Below are positions 12,478-24,097 of a stretch of DNA of 64,000 nucleotides, in pieces. Position numbers and translations under genes: made by a program. Under the pieces are notes generated by a model. That model worked only from the letters and a program-made list of their open reading frames with translations. It ran no database searches and was not told the origin of the DNA. The stretch is from Phyllobates terribilis. Lineage: Eukaryota. The DNA is taken from NCBI RefSeq assembly GCF_046119375.1, contig NW_027362769.1, positions 330,584,001-330,648,000 of the forward strand. The letters are read 5' to 3'. Each line of letters starts with the position of its first letter. Position 1 is the stretch's first letter.

Positions 12478-13758
12478 CCCCTTACTTACCGGGGACGTAT
12501 TAGTACGCATATCTGCGTACCGCCGGTTCAGTGAGGGCTCCGGCGCTGAGCCCTCACTGAACCGAGCACATGTCAGCTGATTCTTACAGCTGACATGTGC
12601 CCGCAACAGCCGCGGGTGGAATCGCGATCCACCCGCGGCTGTTAACCAGTTAAATGCCGCTGTCAATCTCCGACAGCAGCATTTAACGCGCGCTTCCGGG
12701 TAGCGCGTCATAAGCCCCGCCCACCGGCGACCCCGTCACGTGATCGCGGGTCGCCGATGGGCGTGCATGACAACCCAGGGTCTGCAGCAGACGCCTGTGG
12801 TTGTCATGATCTTGTCGCTATGAGCGCCACCTAGTGGTCGGCGCTCATAGCACAGGACCATTTCTGCTGCATGCAGGGGATCTGCTGGTCCCCTGTATGT
12901 AGCAGAGGCGATCGGACAGTTGCTGCTTCTAGTCTCCTATGGAGACTATAGAAGCATGCAAAAAGTAAAAAAAAAAAAGTTTTTAAAAATATAAAAAAAA
13001 ATAAAAAAATATAAAAGTTTAAATCACCCCCCTTTCGCCCCATTCAAAATAAAATATATAAAAAAAAAAACCACATACACATATTTGGTATCGCCGCGTT
13101 CAGAATCGCCCGATCTATCAAAATAAAAAAAGAATTATTCCGATCGGTAAACGGCGTAGCGAGAAAAAAATTCTAAACGCCAGAATTACGTTTTTTGGTC
13201 GCCGCAAAATTGCAATAAAATGCAATAACGGGCGATCAAAACATCGGATCTACCCCAAATGTTATCAATAAAAACGTCAGCCTGGCACGCAAAAAATAAG
13301 CCATCAACCAGCCCCAGATCACGAAAAATGGAGACGCTACGGGTCTTAGAAAATGGCGCTATTTTTTTATTTTTTTTTTTACCAAATTTTGGAATTTTTT
13401 TTCACCACTTAAATATAAAAGAACCTATACATGTTTGGTGTCTATGAACTCGTAATGACCTGTAGAATAAGAAGGGCAGGTCAGTTTTAGCATTCAGTGA
13501 ACATGGTAAAAAAAATAAATAAAAAACAACTGGGGTATTGCACTTTTTTTGCAATTTTACCGCACTTGGAATTTTTTTCCTGTTTTCCCGTACAGGATAT
13601 GATAAAACTAGTAATGGCGTTGAAAAGTACAACTCGTCCCGCAAAAAATAAGCCCTCACATGGCCATATTGACCAAAAAATAAAAACGCTATGGCTCTGG
13701 GAACAAGGGGAGCAAAAACGAAAATGCAAAAACGAAAAATGCTCCGGGGCTTAAGGGG
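12478..13758. mobile_element. piggyBac-like non-autonomous element nested in the MULE
   Basis: TTAA|CCCCTTA ... TAAGGGG|TTAA (TTAA at 12474-12477 and 13759-13762); no transposase ORF. Confidence 0.85.
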
Positions 13759-13762
13759 TTAA

Positions 13763-14150
13763 AGAGTAACTATAAATTTTTTGTTATTAACATTTATTAT
13801 ATAAAAAAAAAAAATTTTTGAATAAGTCTTTTTTTTTTATTCTTACATTTTTCACACATCCTACAATAATCTGTCCCTAAATCACTAATTTGAAAACATG
13901 CAACTAACTGTCCCTCGCTAAACTATTCTCCTAAAGCGTATTCAGATTGAAGACGTTTTAGGAGAATGAATGCCCGAGGATGTGCGTGCACGCGCATTCC
14001 GGCAACTGTTCAGTTGCACTTTGGCCCAGAACAGGAGCTTCGTGGGCCGGCAGGAGGGTAAGTAAGAAGTTTTCTTATTTTAAACAGGTCCTAATGGGTT
14101 AAGGGGGTTCTAGAAAAAAAACCTTCAAACATGATAGTTACCCTTTAATA
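13763..14150 (+). repeat. Direct-repeat module B (diverged copy of 8127-9120, lacking the MITE and ~200 bp of the CpG core)
   Basis: Collinear blocks AGAGTAACTAT, CCTAAATCACT, TTGAAGACG..AGAATGAATGC, TTGTTCAGTTGC/CTGTTCAGTTGC, GGAGCTTCGTGGGCCG.CAGGAGG|GTAAGT (donor at 14058), ATGATAGTTA. Confidence 0.85.
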
Positions 14151-14451
14151 TGGTTTTGTCAAGTATTCGTAATCCATTCAGTTGTGTAAATGTTAACTTA
14201 AATATTTCTCCCAAATAAAATAGTTTTATGTAACATAGATGCTATGTTTTGATTTGTTTTAAATAAGGTTATGTCAATATTCGTAATCCATTCAGTCATG
14301 TAAGTGTTAACTTAATTATTTTTCTGTAATGAAAATACTTTTATGTAACTTATACTTCATCATCTAATCTAGGATTCAGCATTCATTTCAAATCTACAGT
14401 AACATATATGTGACTTGTGTTTACAACAGACAGCTTAATTTCGCCTCATAA

Positions 14452-14757
14452 GGGCTTGTTCACACAGGCAGCGTTTTCGCGTTTTTTCAGCGCATCCATT
14501 CTGCGCTGAAAAAACGAGCCTATTGTTGTCAATGGGCTAGTGCAGACACTCCGCTTTTTCTGCGCATCGAACGGATGCGCAGAAAAAAGCGACAGCATGT
14601 CCGTTTTTGCCGCGCAGAACGGACTGCCGCCGCCTATTTGAATGACTGTGTGCGCTAAAAACCAGCGACACAGTAATTCAGCATGCACTTCTTATGCTTG
14701 TGCGCATAAAAAGCGCATGCACATAACGGAGCCGAAACGGCCAGTGTGAGTGAGCCC
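14452..14757. mobile_element. PIF/Harbinger-type MITE
   Basis: Ends GGGCTTGTTCACAC / GTGTGAGTGAGCCC with TWA flanks. Confidence 0.7.
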
Positions 14758-14899
14758 TTAATTTTTTTTTTAAATACAGTAAACTGTATATTTTATTTTA
14801 TCAGTAAACTGAGATCAGAGAGATTAAGAAAACCATTTAAAAAAACTGTGCCATTGCCATAGTCTTGTGTGAAAATCAAACAAACAAAAACAAGGGCTT

Positions 14900-15758
14900 T
14901 AAGGCAAAATTTTTCGATAAAGATCTACTTAGGGATTCACTGTTTATTTGAAATGTAAAGTTATTATATAGGAATGCATGAATTAACATTGTTGAAAACA
15001 GAATTACATTTTTAAGCTCTGTTTTTCTTGTTGGAATAAGTTCATATTAATGACAAACTTATTTTCAGAGTTGCATCAAGATCTTATTAGGGATTCAGTG
15101 CTTATTTGAAATTTAAAGTTACTATATAGAAATGTATGGGTTTGCCTTGTTGAAAACACAATTACAGTTTTAACCTCTGCTAATTTATTTTTAAATAGAG
15201 TGAAGTGGAAAGGAAAAATACATTAAAAAAATTAAACTGTAAAAAAAAACTACCATAGGCCTAGGTATAGAAGAATATGGCGGTGCATAAAGACTGAATC
15301 CCTAAAAAGATCTTAATGAAACTTGGAAGATAACCTTGTTGTACTAATATTAATTTATTCCAATAAAAAAAAAAACAGAGCTTAAAACCGTTATTCAGTT
15401 TCCAACCATGATAACACACTAGGCATAGGTATGGAAGAATATGGCGGCGCATAAAGACTGAATCCCTAAAAAGATCTTAATGAAACTTGGAAGATAACCT
15501 TGTTGTACTAATATGAACTTATTCCAATAAAAAAAACAGAGCTTAAAACCGTTATTCAGTTTCCAAAAAAGTTAACCCCTACATTCATGTATAGCAACTT
15601 TATGTCAAATAAATACATAAGTAAATAAATTGGTTATTCTGCTTTAAATAGAGTGAAGTGGAAAGGAAAACTTAATTAAGAAAATGAAACTGTAAAAAAA
15701 AAAACTACCATAGGCATAGGTATAGATAAATGTGGCACATAGGGTTTTAGTATGCACC
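14900..15758. repeat. Right terminal/subterminal repeat of the MULE (locally palindromic)
   Basis: Direct copies of the ~160-bp unit at about 14925-15175 are followed by inverted copies at about 15265-15575. The satellite core occurs only in isolated copies (CTACCATAGGCCTAGG near 15250, CTACCATAGGCATAGG near 15706). Confidence 0.85.
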
Positions 15759-17110
15759 GTCTAGCCTAGACTACTCCTCACCTAAAGCTCTGTAGGGTCC
15801 AGGCTAGACTACTTCTCACCTAAAGCACTGTAGGGTCCAGGCTAGACTACTTCTCACCTAAAGCTCTGTAGGGTCCAGGCTAGACTACTCCTCACCTATA
15901 GCTCTGTAGTGCTCAGGCTAGACTACTTCTCACCTAAAGCTCTGTAGGGTCCAGCCTAGACTACTCCTCACCTATAGCTCTGTAGGGTCCAGGCTAGACT
16001 ACTCCTCACCTATAGCTCTGTAGTGCTCAGGCTAGACTACTCCTCACCTAAAACTCTGTAGGGTCCGGGATAGACTACTCCTCACCTAAAGCTCTTCAGT
16101 GCTCAGGCTAGACTACTTCTCACCTAAAGCTCTGTAGAGTCCAGGCTAGACTACTCCTCACCTATAGCTCTGTAGGGTCCAGGCTAGACTACTCCTCACC
16201 TATAGCTCTGTAGGGTCCAGGCTAGACTACTCCTCACCTAAAACTCTGTAGGGTCCGGGATAGACTACTCCTCACCTAAAGCTCTTCAGTGCTCAGGCTA
16301 GACTATTCCTCACCTATAGCTCTTCAGTGCTCAGGCTAGACTACGCCTCACCTAAAACTCTGTAGAGTCCAGGCTAGACTACTTCTCACCTAAAGCTCTG
16401 TAGGGTCCAGGCTAGACTACTCCTCACCTAAAGCTCTTCAGTGCTCAGGCTAGACTACTCCTCACCTAAAGCTCTGTAGAGTCCAGGCTAGACTACTCCT
16501 CACCTAAAACTCTGTAGGGTCCGGGATAGACTACTCCTCACCTAAAGCTCTTCAGTGCTCAGGCTAGACTATTCCTCACCTAAAGCTCTGTAGGGTCCGG
16601 GATAGACTACTCCTCACCTATAGCTCTTCAGTGCTCAGGCTAGACTATTCCTCACCTAAAGCTCTGTAGGGTCCGGGATAGACTACTCCTCACCTAAAGC
16701 TCTTCAGTGCTCAGGCTAGACTACTCCTCACCTAAAACTCTGTAGGGTCCAGGATAGACTACTCCTCACCTATAGCTCTTCAGTGCTCAGGCTAGACTAC
16801 TCCTCACCTATAGCTCTGTAGAGTCCAGGCTAGACTACTCCTCACCTAAAACTCTGTAGAGTCCAGGCTAGACTACTCCTCACCTATAGCTCTGTAGAGT
16901 CCAGGCTAGACTACTCCTCACCTAAAGCTCTGTAGGGTCCAGGCTAGACTACTCCTCACCTAAAGCTCTGTAGGGTCCAGGCTAGACTACTTCTCACCTA
17001 AAGCTCTGTAGGGTCCAGGCTAGACTACTTCTCACCTAAAGCTCTGTAGGGTCCAGGCTAGACTACTTCTCACCTAAAACTCTGTAGGGTCCGGGATAGA
17101 CTTCTCCTCA
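15759..17110. repeat. 38-bp tandem satellite, right part
   Basis: Same unit and orientation as 1-663, with TCTTCAGTGCTCAGG and GTCCGGGATAG variants; ends ~160 bp before the THUMPD1 ATG. Confidence 0.95.
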
Positions 17111-17268
17111 CTGCAATATACCAGTCTTAAGCCTCCATCAAACACGTGCACTGCCACTTCCTGTTAGGAACTTCCGCCCTGCGCTGGTAAAGCTCCGCCT
17201 CTTCGGGTGACGTCATCTTTCGCTGCCTCCGCTCTGTAAACCCGGTTATTTGTGTGCGTGCAGCCAGG
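17111..17268 (+). promoter_or_regulatory. THUMPD1 core promoter/5'UTR
   Basis: E-box CACGTG (~17143), ETS-like CACTTCCTG and AACTTCCG, CRE TGACGTCA (~17208), CpG-rich, directly upstream of the ATG. Confidence 0.65.
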
Positions 17269-17469
17269 ATGAGCGCCGAGGTGCAGAAGGGGAAGAAGAG
17301 AGGAAAGGCGCAGTATGTGAGCAATGCCAAGCGGCACCGGGGCGGACGGCAGCTGGAGGTGGGCATGCAGGGGGTCCTCATCACCTGCAACATGAACGAG
17401 AGGAAGTGCGTGGGGGAAGCGTACAGCCTGCTCAACGAGTATGGAGACCTGCTGTACGGCGCCGAGAAG
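17269..17469 (+). CDS. THUMPD1: THUMP domain-containing protein 1, coding exon 1
   Basis: MSAEVQKGKKRGKAQY...GMQGVLITCNMNERKCVGEAYSLLNEYGDLLYGAEK; donor AAG|GTGGGT, phase 0. Confidence 0.95.
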
Positions 17470-17812
17470 GTGGGTGCCGCCTGTGAGGCGGGGGGCTGCG
17501 ATCCCACCTGGGGAACTACAACTCCCAGCATGCAATGACAGCTGCACATCGTAAGAGCATGCTGGGAGTTGTAGTCCTGTAACAGCTGCTGATTCTTTCC
17601 AATTTTGTAGTTCGGCTGCAGCCTTGGGACCTGTGCACATAGCATGGATTTACTGACCGATCCGTCTGAACTAGAACGCTTTTTGTGTTTTTTTTTTGTT
17701 TGTTTTTTTGCAGCAAGGATAAAAATCCACACAGATTGTTTCCCATTGCATGTGAATATAGTCATAGACACCCCAGTAACTTGCATTGGATGCAGATTTG
17801 CTGTGGATAGGT

Positions 17813-17817
<5 letters not shown>

Positions 17818-17872
<55 letters not shown>
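17818..17872. repeat. (TA)n microsatellite
   Basis: Pure TA run in THUMPD1 intron 1. Confidence 0.95.
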
Positions 17873-17875
<3 letters not shown>

Positions 17876-18579
17876 TAATATGTATTATATGAAATAATGC
17901 CTATTAAATATTAACTTTATATATTATAAATTAAATATATATTTAATGTTAATATTAGGTGTTTATGATTTGCATATTAATGTTAAACATTTTAATGGTA
18001 TATTATCATTAAAATGTTTAACATTAAAATATGTATTATATAAAATCATAATACATATTAAATAATAACGTTAAATATATCTATTTAATTTATAATATAT
18101 TTAATGTTCATATTTAATATGTATTTATTTATATTATAATAGGTGGGCACTAGGACCCTAACTGATGGTTAGAGCGGGCGTGTGCCATGCCCCATTGGAT
18201 TGCAGTTGTGGCCGCCTCTTCTCTATTCATTTTGTATGTGACCTCTGGAGATGGCGCCGTACTGTACTCTATCTCCAGCAGTCAGTGCCATGTTATCGGG
18301 ATTAGGAGGGGTCTTGGCAGTCAGACCCACATCAATCATCTCTCCTGGGAATAGCCTTGCAATGTTGGGAATAGCCCTTTAAAAATGTGATTCTGTGAGA
18401 AGATCGTAAACGTCCAGATGTCTAGAAAATAAGAAAAGTGATCGATAACGCTGTATAAAAGTCTACACTGACCGGGGTCCGTTCCAGTTGGAATCTAGTT
18501 TTCATTGTTGTCGCTGCAGTTCGGCACCAGTCAGACCAGGGATCTCGGTTCTGGAGATAGACACCAGTACAAACTATTA

Positions 18580-18967
18580 GGCTGTGTGCCCACGTAGCGT
18601 TTTTCAAGCGTTTTTGATGCGGAATTTCCGCAGCGGAAACGCTTGTAAAACGCTTGGTAACCCGCACCCCATGGTCCCCAATGGGATTCCGCAAGTTCTA
18701 TGCACATGCTGCGTTTTTTTCCGCAGCGTTTATGCTGCGTTCAAAAATCCGCAGCATGTCAATTAATTTTGCGTTTCCGCAAGCAGAATTGCCATAGTCC
18801 AATGCATAAAAAACGCAAGGCAATTCCGCATGTGGAAAACGCGTGATAAACGCGCGAAAAACGCGCGATAAACGCGTGCGGAATTCCGCATGCGTTTTTC
18901 CGGGAGAGGACTTGCATTTATGCAGCAGAAATTTTCTGCTTCATAAATGCAACGTGGGCACATAGCC
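18580..18967. mobile_element. PIF/Harbinger-type MITE
   Basis: TIRs GGCTGTGTGCCCACGT / ACGTGGGCACATAGCC; TTA TSD on both sides. Confidence 0.88.
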
Positions 18968-19004
18968 TTAGACATGCCATATCCTGTCCTGAGAACTCCT
19001 TTAA

Positions 19005-19390
19005 AGGGACACAGAGCGACTGTTCAGACTAAGCTCCGCCGCTCGGTGCTTCACAGCAGCCAATCATTTAAATTCTCCTTCCTACCAGCTTGTTTTCCAT
19101 CAATTACCATCTCCCTCTTCTTTGATTGACAGCTCTGGCTTCATAGGGCCAGAAAAGGGAAGAAAGATGGAAACCAAGCAGGTGGGAAGGTGTATATAAA
19201 TGATTGGCTCCGCCATGATGCAGCGAGCACGTGTGCTTGGTTTGAACAGTCATTCTGTGCGGAGGGGTCTTTGGATGAGAGGGTGTGTCCAAACGTTTGG
19301 TCTGTACTGTATATCCCTATCACATGTAAAGCGCCATGGAATAAATGGCGCTATAATAATAAAAATAATAATTCTGTGCTGACAGTCCCT
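19005..19390. mobile_element. T2/Kolobok-type MITE containing a short L2 3' tail
   Basis: TTAA|AGGGAC ... GTCCCT|TTAA. The internal TGTAAAGCGCCATGGAATAAATGGCGCTATAATAAT (~19325-19375) matches the L2 tail at ~37558. Confidence 0.75.
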
Positions 19391-19651
19391 TTAATGGCAC
19401 ATCATCAAGATATGACATCACTTTCTGCTCGGTTCGGGTCTGACTACCTGAACCTCCAACAATCATGAGAATTAGAGAAGAGACCGACGATCATGTAACT
19501 CGGTCGAGGATCACAGTGCAATGCTTGGACTGGCCGACAGCTCACCTGACGGCTCCCGATCGTGGCTTCTGCCTGTATGAAGTTGTTCCTTCCTGATATA
19601 AAAATAAATGCCGTTGGTGGATCTAACTTTTTCCTTTTTCTCCATTGACAG

Positions 19652-19832
19652 CTCTGCGATAAAGAAGACAGACTTTCGGGCAGCGAAGAGGAAGAAGATG
19701 ATGACGACGTTGAAGCCGCTTTGAAGAAAGAAGTTGACCAGATTCGTACATCAACTGAAAAGAATTTACGCAGATTTCAGTCAGTAGAAAGTGGCGCTAA
19801 TAATGTTGTTTTCATTAGGACCCTCCATGTAG
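19652..19832 (+). CDS. THUMPD1: THUMPD1 coding exon 2
   Basis: Acceptor CCATTGACAG|; LCDKEDRLSGSEEEEDDDDVEAALKKEV...RRFQSVESGANNVVFIRTLHV; donor G|GTAAGA, phase 1. Confidence 0.95.
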
Positions 19833-20311
19833 GTAAGATCATGTCCCCCCCTCTACATGGCTGTTGCTGGGAGGTGGATTCCCCTGCTGCAGATCTGTTA
19901 ACAGAAACTCCTGGTCTCTTTCATTCATGTGAATGGGGTCGTATCCGAGGCAGGTGGATGGATTTCTACAAGCCCCGTTTAGATAAATGAGGCATTCAAG
20001 GAAATTTCTGTAACAGATCTGTTTCCAGGTGCTGTATCCTCAACAAAATCAAAATCTTCACCATATGCAGTAGAAATGCTGCATATTTACTGCAATTTTC
20101 ACCCTCTGTATTGCAAGGGGTGAAAATGCACAACATAAAATTGACCTTGAATGGGAAATCCAGAGTATCGCACAACCTGAGCTGCTGATTTTTAACAAAT
20201 TAAAATCCCCATTTTATCCCTCCAATAAGAATAGAGATTTAAAACCAAAAAACATATTTGGTATCACCGTGTGCATAAAAGTCTGGTCTGTCAAAATGTA
20301 AAATTAACCTG

Positions 20312-20875
20312 TCCTCGGCCCGGGTCGTCTCGCTTCGCTTCCCTCCTCGGCCCGGGTCGTCTCGCTTCGCTTCCCTCCTCGGCCCGGGTCGTCTCGCTTC
20401 GCTTCCCTCCTCGGCCCGGGTCGTCTCGCTTCCCTCCCCTCCTCGGCCCGGGTTGTCTCGCTTCGCTTCGCTTCCCTCCCCTCCTCGGCCCGGGTCGTCT
20501 CGCTTCGCTTCCCTCCCCTCCTCGGCCCGGGTCGCCTCGCTTCGCTTCGCTTCCCTCCCCTCCTCGGCCCGGGTCGCCTCGCTTCGCTTCCCTTCCCTCC
20601 CCTCCTCGGCCCGGGTCGCCTCGCTTCGCTTCCCTTCCCTCCCCTCCTCGGCCCGGGTCGCCTCGCTTCGCTTCCCTTCCCTCCCCTCCTCGGCCCGGGT
20701 CGTCTCGCTTCGCTTCCCTTCCCTCCCCTCCTCGGCCCGGGTCGTCTCGCTTCGCTTCCCTTCCCTCCCCTCCTCGGCCCGGGTCGTCTCGCTTCGCTTC
20801 CCTTCCCTCCCCTCCTCGGCCCGGGTCGTCTCGCTTCGCTTCCCTTCCCTCCTCGGCCTCGGTCGTCTCGCTTCC
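20312..20875. repeat. Pyrimidine-rich minisatellite, 34-44-bp units (CCTCGGCCCGGGTCGTCTCGCTTCGCTTCCCTCC..)
   Basis: About 14 tandem units with variable (CTTCG)/(CCTCC) sub-repeats in THUMPD1 intron 2. Confidence 0.92.
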
Positions 20876-21448
20876 CTTATTTCTGCTGTTTTTAGGTGAA
20901 AATAAAAATTAATATATGAAATGTGTTTTTTTTTTTATTTTATGACGACAAAGGACTGCTAAAATGTGTTCCCTTTTAGTTTTTTAGTTTTTATAAATTT
21001 GACATTTTTTGATGTGGGCAAAGCTAGAAACTGATCTAAACTAGGAATGTTTTTGTTCTTTGTTGTTTTTTTTTGCCATTTTTATTTATGCTTCTTTTTT
21101 CATTGCATACAATATTCTCCTATAAGGTCTTAAATGATAACCTACCAATACATTTTTTTTTTTATTTGCTGATTCCTTCTGTAACTGGGGCTGGTATTTT
21201 AGCCCCAGTTGCAAGGAAATTTCAGCTTCCAGCCTATATAGTGGAGGTTTCTCTTTTTAGAGCGTCGGTGCAGGGATGAATGAGGACTGCCCGGACTTTT
21301 AATGCCTATGGACTGTCTAGAATTAGTTATTAAACCTATACAGTAAACACTGCAAAGAGGAAGAAAATATCAAAATGGCAAAACCTGTGTTTTTTTTCAG
21401 TCACCAAACCTCCCTTCTATTTTTAATGTTTGTGATGTTTTGTTTCAG

Positions 21449-21697
21449 AGCCGGAGAAGTTGGTTCACCACATTTTAAAAGATCTGAACACTACAAAGAA
21501 GAAGAAGACGAGGGTCATCCTTCGTATGTTACCAGTCACTGGTACTTGTAAAGCTTTCCCCGAGGATCTCAAGAAATACGCAGAGACATTCTTCCATCCT
21601 TGGTTTAAAGCTCCCAACAAAGGAACTTTTCAGATTGTGTATAAGGCAAGAAATAATAATCACATGAACAGAGAGGAGGTGATAAAGGACCTGGCAG
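21449..21697 (+). CDS. THUMPD1: THUMPD1 coding exon 3
   Basis: Acceptor TGTTTCAG|; (E)PEKLVHHILKDLNTTKKKKTRVILRMLPVTGTCKAF...VYKARNNNHMNREEVIKDLA; donor G|GTGAGA, phase 1. Confidence 0.95.
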
Positions 21698-22683
21698 GTG
21701 AGAAATTATGGCGGCAGCACAGCACGAGCTCTATGTTATATTATAGTCGTGCAAAGCTTGCAATTGACAGTATTGCATATCTAATGGTTATACTGCAGTA
21801 AGCACAACATTATTTAACGTTTCAGCTGAAAAACCCTTCATCAGACTTATAGGCTAAGATCACTGCATATGGGTTAAGGGGATCTAGGGTGCGGGGTGTG
21901 CTTTCCCCCAAACATGGACAACCAGTATCAAACTAATGCCAGAATTGCTGTTTTTGACCATCCAATGTCTCAAAAAAGAAATGTGTTCAAAAATGATGAA
22001 AACTACTCAAAGAAACAAGCCTCTACAAAACTGTCTTACAGCTTTTAGAACAACAGACAAAAAAATTGTTAAATGTAAAAAGTGATTTTTCTTGTGCACA
22101 AGTACTAACTGGTAAAAAGAAAAGTCTTTTTTTTAAGTATCACCATAATTGTATTAACCTGTACTGTAAAACTATCATTTATGAGATTCTGAATGCCATA
22201 AAAAAATTAAATGAACACTGAGGAAGAGGCATTTTTGCTTTATTTAATTTCCCAGGGGAGCATTGCATGGCCTATAAGTCTCCCTTTGCCAGGGGATGTC
22301 AGACTCAAACACAGAGAGGGCCAGAATGAAACACATGGACAAAGACGTGGTCCAACCAGTATACAGAATAATGGGCCCCACGTAGTCCTCCACGCACAAT
22401 AATGGGCCCCACCTAGGACTGGTGGTTCTGGTGTCGAGTGCCAAATAAAACCACTCCGGGGACCAGATGAGTTTTACATGTATGCCCTATTCCAACCTTG
22501 CCCTTCTTCAAAAAGAGAAACATTTAACATTTAGACACCCTTTAAAAAAATACAAAAAAACAACCCTAAAGTTGCTGTTTTCTGTTCATGCAAAATGAAA
22601 TAAAAGGTGACCGAAAAGTAAAATGTTCCTGTTTTTAATAAAAAATTTTCTTCTGGATTGACGGACACGGTTTTATATTCCAG

Positions 22684-22937
22684 GAATTGTTGGGAATCTG
22701 AATCCGGAGAATAAGGTGGACCTGACAAACCCTGAGCTCACCATTGTAGTGGAGATCATCAGGAACGTCTGCTGTCTGAGCGTGGTGAAGGACTACACAC
22801 TGTTCAGAAAGTACAACCTACAGGAGGTGGTAAAGAGCGCCAAAGAGGAGAAGCCACAGGAACCAGTCGGGGATGTTGGGAAGGAGAAAACACAAGAGCA
22901 AAGCAAAGAGGACCCTGCAGTGGTCTGTGACTCCTAA
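22684..22937 (+). CDS. THUMPD1: THUMPD1 coding exon 4 (last)
   Basis: Acceptor ATATTCCAG|; (G)IVGNLNPENKVDLTNPELTIVVEIIRNVCCLSVVKDYTLFRKYNLQEVVKS...CDS*. The four exons sum to 885 nt (294 aa + stop). AATAAA at ~23833. Confidence 0.95.
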
Positions 22938-24097
22938 AAAAACACGTACATGTAGGGCCCAGGAGGAATAGGGTCTGCAAACATCCAAAAATATCAACAT
23001 TTTGTGGATTTTAAGGGCAAACTGTAATTGGTCAAGAACAAAAAAATTCTATGTTGGTTTAGTAATATAAACCCTTTTAGCTGCTGGTTTTTTTTTTTGG
23101 GTCCTTTTGTACATTTTTGCCTCCTTCCTTAGAGCAGCACTTTGAGTGATTTTTCGATTTTAGTAACGTCATGGTGCACATGGATGGTCTGGTCATTGTG
23201 TTGTTTTCCAATTCTGTTTACTATGACATAAAAACTGGTTTCTTGTGGAGAAAAAAATTTCAAAAATTGTGAGTGATGTATCTGTAAGCCGGAAGCCATG
23301 GTCCACGGAGCATATTAATTACCATCTGATGGGGCAAAATGTGATTCTGTGCTTTATCTCCAAATTAAAAACCTAAGGGGAAAGTGTCAGGAATGTCACG
23401 AGTCAACCCCCAACCTCATAGACCCACCATTGATATTTTACAGGGTATCTGGTGCCATTTAATGGTTTGGTTTTTGGTCCTTTGTGTAGCTCACGGGACC
23501 TGCCTGCTCTCCTGAATGTCTGTTTTACTAAACACTTGTATTTCCCATGAAATAGCCATGCTTCAGCATTTTATTTTAGAGCTGTGTTCTGCTGTTCTCC
23601 AAAGTAACTATGAGCGGTGGGGTGGACATGTGTCTGGTATTAATGATCTATCCTGAGAATAGATCTTCAATATCAAAAGACTGGCCAATCCCTTTAACAA
23701 AAAAAAAAAAAAAATTATATATTTTTAAAGAGGTGCTGTAAAATGTCTAACTTTATTACATTTGGGTAGAGAAATGCATGTGTTCGTTGTCACCTCTTTA
23801 TGAAATAACATCCACCAAAAGAAAGTTTTGTAAATAAATATTTTTACCCTGTTTTTAAAGTTTCTACTTTTTCAATTTTAAAGGAAATGTGCCATCAGAA
23901 AATGACCCATTGTTTGAAAGGAACCTTTAATGTGAAATGAACACAACTATTAACCTGTTCTAAAGCTGTGCGCCCCCTGGCTACCGGGAGGAAATTAACT
24001 TTATTAAGTGGAATAGTGAGATTAAATTTCTGCAAGTTTCATTGAAAGGAAAAATCGCAGACATTTATACAATACATTTTTGCCATGTCAACATATA

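Larger units (their letters stand above)
664..15758 (+). mobile_element. Mutator-like (MULE)/foldback-type DNA transposon, ~15.1 kb, degenerate transposase
   Basis: Inverted ends: GGAAATTACTAAAACCCTATGTGTCTTATTTGTCTATACCTATGCCTATGGTAG at 664 versus the reverse complement of 15706-15758 (GGTGCATACTAAAACCCTATGTGCCACATTTATCTATACCTATGCCTATGGTAG). 9-bp TSD GTCCAGCCT (655-663) / GTCTAGCCT (15759-15767). Internal MULE transposase remnants. Confidence 0.88.

Noticed and set aside
8127-14150. Direct repeats as LTRs of a retroelement
   Set aside because: No TG..CA ends, PBS, PPT or RT; the enclosed gene is a MULE DDE transposase and the repeats are clearly diverged.
17127-17786. Minus-strand ORFs of 219 and 158 aa
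   Set aside because: Antisense shadows of GC-rich THUMPD1 exon 1; no recognisable protein.
20271-20912. 213-aa and 148-aa Pro/Ser/Arg-rich ORFs
   Set aside because: Translations of the intronic minisatellite.
21168-21228. Small hairpin in THUMPD1 intron 2 as a possible ncRNA
   Set aside because: No snoRNA boxes or tRNA features; more likely a tiny MITE remnant.
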